Origin: the human T2T-CHM13v2.0 reference genome, Homo sapiens
Length of the DNA: 64,000 nucleotides
Assembly (NCBI RefSeq): GCF_009914755.1
Contig: NC_060939.1
Strand: one strand, 5' to 3'
The notes under the pieces are model-generated. The model was not told the DNA's origin and did not search any database. It was given only the letters and a program-made list of their open reading frames with translations. This document shows, piece by piece, positions 55,536 through 64,000 of this stretch. Every line of letters begins with the position of its first letter. The first letter of the stretch is position 1. The translations under genes and the position numbers were made by a program.

Positions 55536-57587
55536 GGGGAAGATATTTCGGTTGTTTCCAGTTTGGGTATATTACAAAATAAAGCTGCTAAGAATATTGA
55601 TGTGCGGATTCTTGTGTGAACATAAGTTTTCATTTCTCCAGTGAATACCCAGGCAATTGCTGGGCCATATGGGAAGTGTACATTTAATTTTATAAGAAAA
55701 CTACTAAGCAGTTTTCCACAGTGGCTATGCCATTTAACCTTCCCACTTGGCAATGTATGAGAGATGCATTTTCTCTGACTTCTCTCCAGCATGTGGTACA
55801 ATGTTACCAGTATGTTATTCTAGCCAGTCTAATATGTGAGCAGTAGTATCTCCTCATGGCTTTACTTTGCACTTCCCTAATGACTAATAATATTGAGATC
55901 TAGTCATGTAATTAATTGCCATCCTTTTATCTTCCATGAAATATCTTTTCAAATCTTTTGCCTGATTTCTAATTTGATTGTTTTCTTACTACTGAGTTCA
56001 GAGAGTTGCTTATTCTGGAAATAAGTCATTTGCTGGTTATTGCAAATATTATCTCCCAATATGTGGCTTATCTTCTTGTTCTCTTAAGAATGACTTTTAC
56101 ATAACAAAAGTGCTTAATTTTGATGCAGTCCCATTTAATGATTTTTTATGTTTAAGGATTCTGGTTTTGGTGTCATGTCCAAGAATCTGTCACTAGCCCC
56201 TTTGTGGTAGATTTTCTGTAATGTTTTCTTCTAAAAGTCTTAGAGTTTTATATTTAAACTTAGATCTATGGTACATTTTGAATTAATCATTGTAGAGAAT
56301 ATGAAGTCTAGGTTGAGGCTAACATTTTCACCAATTGATATCCATGTTCTCTAACAACATACGTTGAAAAAACTATCCTTTTTACATTAAATTGTTTTTG
56401 CAACTTTGTATAAAATCAGAAGGCTGTGATTATATGGGGTCTATTTATAGCTCTCTATTCTTTTCCCTTGATCTATGTGTCTCTCCTTCCTAATGCCACT
56501 GTCTCTCTTGATTGCTGTAGATATACAGAATGTTTTAAATATAGGTAGTCTTTTTTCAATTTTTTTGTATCTATTTTACTTCCTTTGTCTTATGTGTATA
56601 TTTTAGATTCAGCTTCACAGTACAGAAAAAACTCATGCTGAAATGTAGATACGAATTGTGTTAAATCAACAGACAAATTTAGGGTGAATTGACATTTTAC
56701 TATATGGAGTCTTCAAAATCATGACTACAGTATGTCAATTTATTTAGTTATTCTTTGTTTCATTTCATTAGCATTTGTAGTTTTCAGCATACAGTGGCTG
56801 TAAATAATTTGACAGATATACATAGATGGATTTTATTATTTTTGGAGCTATTGTAAAATGTATGTTTTTTATTTTTGTGTTTTTATGTTCATTGGTAATA
56901 TACAGAAATAAAACTGATTTTTGTATGTTGATGTCATATCCTGTGACCTTGCTGAACTTACTAGTTCTAGGAGTTATTTTTTCGTTAGATTCCTTATGAC
57001 TTTCTATATAGAAAAAAATAATGTCTTCTTCAAGTAAAGACAGTTTGATCTCTTCCAATTTAATCTGCATGGGTCTGCCTGTCTTTCCTTGCCTTATTGC
57101 CCTTGCTTGGGTTCTCAGTACAATGTTGAATAGGAGTGGTGAGGATGAACATCTTTGCTCTGTTTCTGATGTCTGGGGGAATGCACTCAATTTTTCACTG
57201 TCAAGTGAAATATTAACTATTGGTTTTCAAGATCCTCTTTATGAAGTTGAAGAAGTTCTCTATTCATACTATGTGAGACTTTTTGTCATGTATGGTTGTT
57301 AGTTCAGTCTTTTGTCTGCATCGAGATGATTATGATTTTTCTTCTTTAAACTCTTCGTAGGGTTGTATACTTGATTGATTTTTCAAATAATAAACCAGCC
57401 TTGCATTTCTGAAATAAACAACTCTTGACACTGTGCACAACACAAAAAAACTCTTGGTTGTCATGCATTATTCTTTTTATGTGTTGTTGGATTTAATTTG
57501 CTTATATTTTGTTGAAAATTTTGTATCTACATTCACGTGGGATATTGGTTTATGATTTCCTTTTTGATTTTTTTCTTCTTTTAAAAA

Positions 57588-58250
57588 CCTTTATTTTAAA
57601 TTCAGGGGTACAAGTGCAGGTTTGTTACACAGGTAAACTTGTGTCCTGGAGGTGTGTTGTACAGATTATTTCATCACTCAGGTATTAAGCCTAGTACTGA
57701 TTAGTTATTTTTCCTGATCCTTTCCCTTCTCTCACCCTCCACCCTCCAAAAGGCCCAAGTATGTATTGTTCTCTTCTACGTATTTATGTGTTCTCATATT
57801 TTAGCTCTTATCTATAAGTGAGAACATGCAGTATTTGGTTTTCTGTTCCTTTATTAGTTTGTTAAGGATAATGGCCTCCAGCTCCATCCATGTCCCTGCA
57901 AAGGACATGAACTCATTTTTTTTTATGGCTGCATAGTACCAACAATCGTATGAAAAAAGTTCAGCATAACTGATCATTAGAGAAATGCAAATCAAAACCA
58001 CAGTGAAATACCATCTAACACCAGTCAGAATGGCTACTATTAAAAAGTCAAAAAACAACAGATGTTGGTGGATTGTGGAGGAAAAGGAGTGCTTTTACAC
58101 TGTGGGTGGGACTATAAATTAGTTCAGCCATTGTGGAAGACAATGTGGCAATTCCTCAAAGACCTAAGGACAGAAATATCATCCAACCCAGCAATCCCAT
58201 TACTGGGTATATATACAAAGGAATATAAATCATTCTATATAAAGACACAT
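57588..58250 (-). mobile_element. L1PA13-16-like 3' end with 5' inversion (twin priming)
   Basis: 57588-57938 is the antisense L1 3' end; 57939-58250 is sense-oriented upstream ORF2 sequence. Confidence 0.88.
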
Positions 58251-59809
58251 ATTTTTTACTTTTCTTTCTTTCTTTCTTGTACTGTCTTTTTCTGGCTTAA
58301 GTATCAAGGTAATGCTGGCCCTATAAAATGAGTTGAGATTTATATTCTATTATTCTTTGACAATATTGTGTAGAATTAATGTTTTCTCTCCTTTAAATAT
58401 TTGGTGACATTTACAAGTGAAATCATCTGGGCCAGAAGATTTCTTATTTGGAAGGTTGTTGATAAATTCAATTACTTTATTAGTCATAGGAGTATTTCAT
58501 GTTGGTTGAATTATAATAATTTATGGTTTTTCAGGAATCTATCCATGTCATATAAGTTTTCTCATTCATATGCATGGAATTGTTACCATAATCTCTTACC
58601 CTGTTAATGTCTTAGGTTCTGTGATGATATCCGATATTTCCTTCCAGATATTTGTCATATGTGTATTCCTTCTCTTTTTCTTAGTCATACTTGCCAGAAA
58701 TTAATTATTTTACTGATATTTTGAGTTATCAGCTTTTTGTTTAATTTATTTTCTCTATTATTTTTCTATTTTGAATTTTATTGATTTCTAATACAATCTA
58801 ATTTTTTAATTCTATTTGCTTGACATGTATTTCTACCTTTTTTTAGTTTCTTGAAGTGGAAGCTCCTATTATTGGTTTTAGACTTTTCTTCGGTTCTAAC
58901 ATAAACAGTTTATTCTATCAATTTCCCTCACAGCCCTGCTTTCACTGCAGCCCATGGATTTTAATATGTAAATCTTTTAATTTTTGTCACACATCTATAT
59001 AATATATATATATGTATATAATATGGCTTAGTGTTAATTGCAAAAATAATACTTAGAGATCACTGAATCCTTTCTCCATTTTCACCTAATGGTAAAATTT
59101 ACAAAATATTTTTCTTGTACAATATCAATACAGAAAATTATAGCAGCACGACATTGTCAATTATATTACAGACTTTATTCTAATTTCATAAATATTTACT
59201 GCATTCACTTGGGTGTTGGTGTGTGTAGTTCTATGTAATTTGATTCCATTTAAATATTTAATATTATATATTTTCTAATTTTACTGCTGTTTCTCTTTTG
59301 CCTGTGAGTTATTGTTACAGGTGTTGTTCAGTTATGAAATGAATGGAGATTGTCTCATTTACTTTGTTACAATTGTTTTCTAGTTTATTCTATTATGGTC
59401 AGAGAAAATACTTTGCTACTTGGTATAAGTTTAGTTCTTTTTAGTATTACTTTTGATGGGCCTCATATGGGTTATCTTGGTAAATATTTCATATAAAATT
59501 AAAAATACCTTGTATTTATCTGTTGTTAGATGCAGTGTTCTAAAAATACAGGTAGATTTTACTGAACGATAGTGCTATTCAGTTTCTCTATATCCTTACT
59601 AATTTTCTGTCTAGTGGACTTGTCTATTATTTCCTTCAGCTATGTTACTTCTTGCTTCATGTACATGGAAACACTCCTGATTATATATTAAGGACTATTA
59701 TGTCTGCATGATGAATTGGCCATTTTATCTTTAAGTAATAATGTTCTTTGTTCCTAGTTTTCTTAGATATAAAGTGTATTCTTCCTGATATTAATATTGT
59801 AATTCCAGG

Positions 59810-61936
59810 TTTTTTTAAATTATCATTATACTTTTAAGTTCTGGGGTACAGGTGCAGAACATGCAGGTTTGTTACATAGGTATACATGTGCCATGATGGT
59901 TTGCTGCACCCATGAACCCGTCATCTACATTAGGTATTTCTCCGAATGCTATCCCTCCCCTACCCGCCCCCCACCCCCTGATAGGCCCCAGTGTGTAATG
60001 TTCCCCCTCCCTGTGTCCATGTGTTCTCACTGTTCAGCTCCCACTTATGAGTGAGAACATGCGGTGTTTGGTTTTCTGTTCTTGCGTTAGTTTGCTGAGA
60101 ATGATGGTTTCCAGCTTCATCCATGTGCCTGCAAAGGACATGAACTCATCCTTTTAAATGAGTGCATAGTATTTCATGGTGTATATGTGCCACATTTTGT
60201 TTATCCAGTCTATCAATGATGGGCATTTGTGTTGGTTCCAAGTCTTTGCTGTTGTGAATAGTGCTGCAATAAACATACGTGTGCATGTGTCCTTATAATA
60301 GAATGATTTATGATGCTTTGGGTATATACCCAGTAATGAGATTGCTGGGTCAAATGGTATTTCTGGTTCTAGATCCTTGAGGAATCTCCACACTGTCTTC
60401 CACAATGGTTGAACTAATTTATACTCCCACCAACAGTGTAAAAGTGTTCCTATTTCTCCATATCCTCTCCAGCATCTGTTGTTTCCTGACTTTTTGATGA
60501 TTACATTCTAACTGGCGTGAGATGGTATATCATTGTGGTTTTGATTTGCATTTCTCTAATGACTAGTGATAATGAGCTTTTTTCCATATGTTTGTTGGCT
60601 GCGTAAGTATCTTCTTTTGAGAAGTGTCTGTTCATATCCTTTGCCCACTTTTTGATGGGGTTGTGTGTTTTTTTCTTGAAATTTGTTTAAGTTCTTTGTA
60701 GATTCTGGATATTAGCTCCTTGCCAGATGGGTAGATTGCAAAAATTTTCTCCCATTCTGTAAGTTGCCTATTCACTCTGATGATAGCTTCTTTTGCTGTG
60801 CAGAAACTCTTTAGTTTAATTAGATCCCATTTGTCAATTTTGGCTTTTGTTGCCATTGCTTTTTGTGTTTTAGTCATAAAGTCTTTGCCTATGCCTATGT
60901 CCTGATGAATATTGCCAAGGTTTTCTTCCAGGGTTTTTATGGCTTTAGGTCTTACATTTAAGTCTTTAATCCATTTTGAGTTAATTTTTGCATAAGGTGT
61001 AAGGAAGAGGTTCAGTTTCAGTTTTCTGCATCTGGCTAGCCAGTTTTCCCAACACCATTTGTTAAATAGGGAATCCTTTCCCCATTGCTTCTTTTTGTCA
61101 GGTTTGTCAAAGATCAGGTGGTTGTAGATGTGTGGTGTTATTTCTGAGGTCTCTGTTTTGTTCAATTGGTCTATATATTTATTTTGGTACCAGTACCATG
61201 CTGCTTTGGTTACTGTAGCCTTGTAGTATTTTTTGAAGACAGGTACCGTGATGCCTTCCGCTTTGTTCTTTTTGCTTAGGATTGTCTTGGCTTTGTGGGC
61301 TCTTTTTTGGTTCCATATGGAATTTAAAGTAGTTTGTTCTAATTCTGTGAAGAAAGTCAATGATAGCTTGATGGGGATAGCATTGCATCTATAAATTACT
61401 TGGGGCAGTATGGCCATTTTGATGATATTGATTCTTCCTATCCATAAGCATGGAATGTTTTCCCATTTGTTTGTGTCCTCTCTTATTTCCTTGAGCAGTG
61501 GTTTGTAGTTCTCCTTGAAGAGGTGCTGCACATCCCTTGTAAGCTGTATTCCTAGGTATTTTATTCTCTTTGTAGCAATTGCGAATGGGAGTCCACTCAT
61601 GATTTGGCTCTCTGTTTGTCTATCATTGGTGTATAGAAATGCATGTGATTTTTGCACATTGATTTTGTATCCTGAGACTTTGCTGAAATTGCTTATCAGC
61701 TTAAGGAGTTTTGGACTGAGACAATGGGGTTTTCTAAATATACAATCATGTCATCTGCAAACAGAGACAATTTGACTTCCTCTTTTCTTATTTGAATACC
61801 CTTTATTTCTTTCCCTTGCTTGATTGCCCTGGCCAGAACTTCCAATACTATATTGAATAGGTGTGATGAGAGATGGCACCCTTGTCTTGTGCAGGTTTTC
61901 AAAGGGAATGTTTCCAGTTTTTGCCCATTCAGTATA
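59810..61936 (-). mobile_element. 5'-truncated L1PA7/8-like element (~2.1 kb)
   Basis: 3' end ttaagttctggggtacaggtgcagaacatgcagg; ORF2 peptides ([19 protein letters not shown]). Confidence 0.92.
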
Positions 61937-63247
61937 ATTAGAGTCTGTATGGTATAACTTTCTTCATCCTTTTACATTTAAAATTTTGTTTACATTGGAA
62001 GTAAGTTTCTTATAGATTGCATATAGTTGGATCATTTTTTGGGTAACAAGTTTGACAGTCTTTATCTTTTAAATGTTGTGACATGATCATTTACATTTAA
62101 TGTAATTATAGATATGCTAGAATTTAAATTTGTTATGATATTATTTGTTTTTTATTTGTTTACCTCTGTTTTTCTTTTCTCTTTTTTCTTTCCTGACTAC
62201 CTCTGGGTTGCTTGAACATATTTTAGTATTCTGTTTTGATTTTTCTGTACTTTGCTTTGTGTCTATATGCTCTAGGATTACAAAATCCATACTTAAAATG
62301 TCTGTCTGTTTTTAGAAACATTTCACCCCTTCATGTGTAATATAGAAAGCTTTAGTTTCTTTTCCCCACATCCCTTTACAATATAAACATCTTAAATGTT
62401 ACTTTTATATACATTTTATAAAACCACCAATATTATGGCTTTTTGCTTTCAACCTTTAAACAAAATTTAAAACACTAAAGAAGAGATGAATAATCTGTAT
62501 TTTTTAGTTAGTCATATTTATTATATCTACTCCTTTGTATATATTAGGAAAGATCAGTGGAAAGTGTATGGGCATGTGTTTCCTTAATCGTTCTTAATAT
62601 ATACATTGATCTTTTTTCCACTGCTTTTTCTTGATTACTGATGTTCCAAATTTTCCTTTATTATTTTTTTCTGCCAGAAAAATTTGGTTTAATTTATTCT
62701 CTCAGAGAAAGTCTGCTGCTGACAAATACTTTTAATTTACCTCATTTTTTTAAATCTGTGAACATATTTATTTTACTCATATTTCTAAAGGATAATTTTA
62801 GAGGTTTAAAATTTTGTATCAACTGTCCTGTTTTTATTAAACTTGAAAAAATTTTGTGCCACTTTTTTCTGGTCTGCGTCCTGATGAGTAATCTGCCTTG
62901 TTTGAATTGTTGTTTCCTACAGGTAAGGTGTTATTTTTCTCTAGCTGTTTTTAAGTATTTTCCTTATTTTAGGTTTATAAAATTTGGTTATAATGTGTCT
63001 GGCCATACACTTTCTTAGGCTTATCCTGTTTAGGATTCACTTGGCTACTTGAATCTGTAAGTTTTTGTTTTTCATCACATTTTGGAAGTTATTATTGCTT
63101 CTAATATTCTTCATCTGTATGCTTCCCTCTCTTTCTTGGACTCTGTTGACATAAATGTTAGATCTTTGTTAGTTCCTCACTGAGACTGTGTCTTTGTTAA
63201 TTTTCTGTATATTTTCTGATGTTTTTAAATAGACTTTGTTTTCTAGT

Positions 63248-63450
63248 TTTTAAAAATAAATTTTATCATGTCTATTTGAGGTCTACAACATGATGTTATG
63301 AAATACAAATAGATAATAAAATGGTTACTATAGTGAAATAGATGAACATATCTATTATCTCACATACATTTTGCAACAAGAGCAGCTAAAATCTACTTAT
63401 TTAAGAAAAATCCCAAATACAGTACAATTTTATTGACTTTAGTCTTTATA
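63248..63450 (-). mobile_element. L1MA 3'-end fragment
   Basis: tacaacatgatgttatga...aaatggttactatagtgaa. Confidence 0.75.
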
Positions 63451-63765
63451 GATTTTATTTTTAGACCCATTTCAGGTTTACAAACTGAGGAGAAAGTACA
63501 GAGGGTTTCCATATATCTTCTCTCACACATGCACAATCTCTCCCACTATCAACATCCTGCACCTAAGTGTTACATTCATTATAATCTATGAACCTATTTT
63601 TTACATGTTATTATCACCCAAGGTCTATAGTTTATATTCGGGTTCACTCTTGGACGTGTATATTCTATGTTGTTTTTTTTTTTTTTTTTGACAAAGTTAT
63701 ATTGACTTGTATCCACCATTATAGTATCATGTAGAATAGTCCCAGTGCCCTAAAAACTCTGTGTT
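63451..63765 (-). mobile_element. L1MC/MD 3'-end fragment
   Basis: agaaagtacagagggtttccatata...ttatcacccaaggtctatagttta. Confidence 0.7.
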
Positions 63766-63799
63766 TGTGCTAGACATATCATAGAATCATATTTTCAAT

Positions 63800-64000
63800 C
63801 CTCAAACCTCTTGAGATTGGGTATGGCCATGTGACTTGATTTGGCCAGAGAAATGTAAGCAAAAGTGAAATGTGTCATTTGTGGGCAAAACTTAAACAGC
63901 TGGTGGTTTCCTGCTCTCTCTTTCTGCCCTGGCTATTGGCTGGGTTCTGAGTAGTAGATGCTATATCAACCTGTTTCCTGATAAGGATGGCATGAACAAA
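63800..64000 (+). mobile_element. Old MLT1 LTR fragment
   Basis: ggccatgtgacttgatttggcca...gcaaaagtgaaatgtgtcattt. Confidence 0.65.

Larger units (their letters stand above)
54492..63235 (-). mobile_element. Long old L1M (L1MC/MD-like) hosting younger insertions
   Basis: 3' end ttttgaaataattttagact; ORF2-like SPLLFNIVL peptide at 56768-57190; EN/ORF1-like sequence after 61940. Confidence 0.8.

Noticed and set aside
60632-61657. 341-aa ORF
   Set aside because: Residual ORF2 frame of a 5'-truncated L1PA7/8 with no promoter; not a cellular gene.

Overview
Primate, almost certainly human, genomic DNA: a near-pristine AluYa5-lineage element and a full-length L1PA2 are present. The window is AT-rich and repeat-dense, and I recognise no cellular protein-coding exon; every convincing ORF is LINE-1-derived. 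It contains layered L1 (L1PA2, L1PA5, L1PA7/8, L1PA13-16, old L1M), Alu, MIR, L2, MaLR (THE1, MLT1) and ERV1-class (LTR12, LTR8/MER4-group) elements. Repeat-poor blocks at about 11.6-19 kb and 36-41.5 kb look like non-coding regulatory sequence. Notable structures: (1) a 4.4-kb LTR8/MER4-group ERV piece at 27992-32435 that ends at the LTR poly(A) site, has an A-rich tail, lacks U5 and the 5' LTR, and has a ~15-bp degenerate TSD, consistent with an ERV RNA retroposed by L1; (2) a ~240-bp local copy of that insertion's target site embedded in an old L1 4.2 kb upstream, which preserves the empty pre-insertion allele; (3) an L1PA5 3' transduction with a perfect 16-bp TSD; (4) a 5-nt Alu remnant with poly(A) and TSD inside a promoter-deleted LTR12; (5) a full-length L1PA2 with an intact ORF1; (6) a twin-primed L1. 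Subfamily calls and old-repeat boundaries come from recalled consensus sequences compared by eye and need RepeatMasker/Dfam confirmation.
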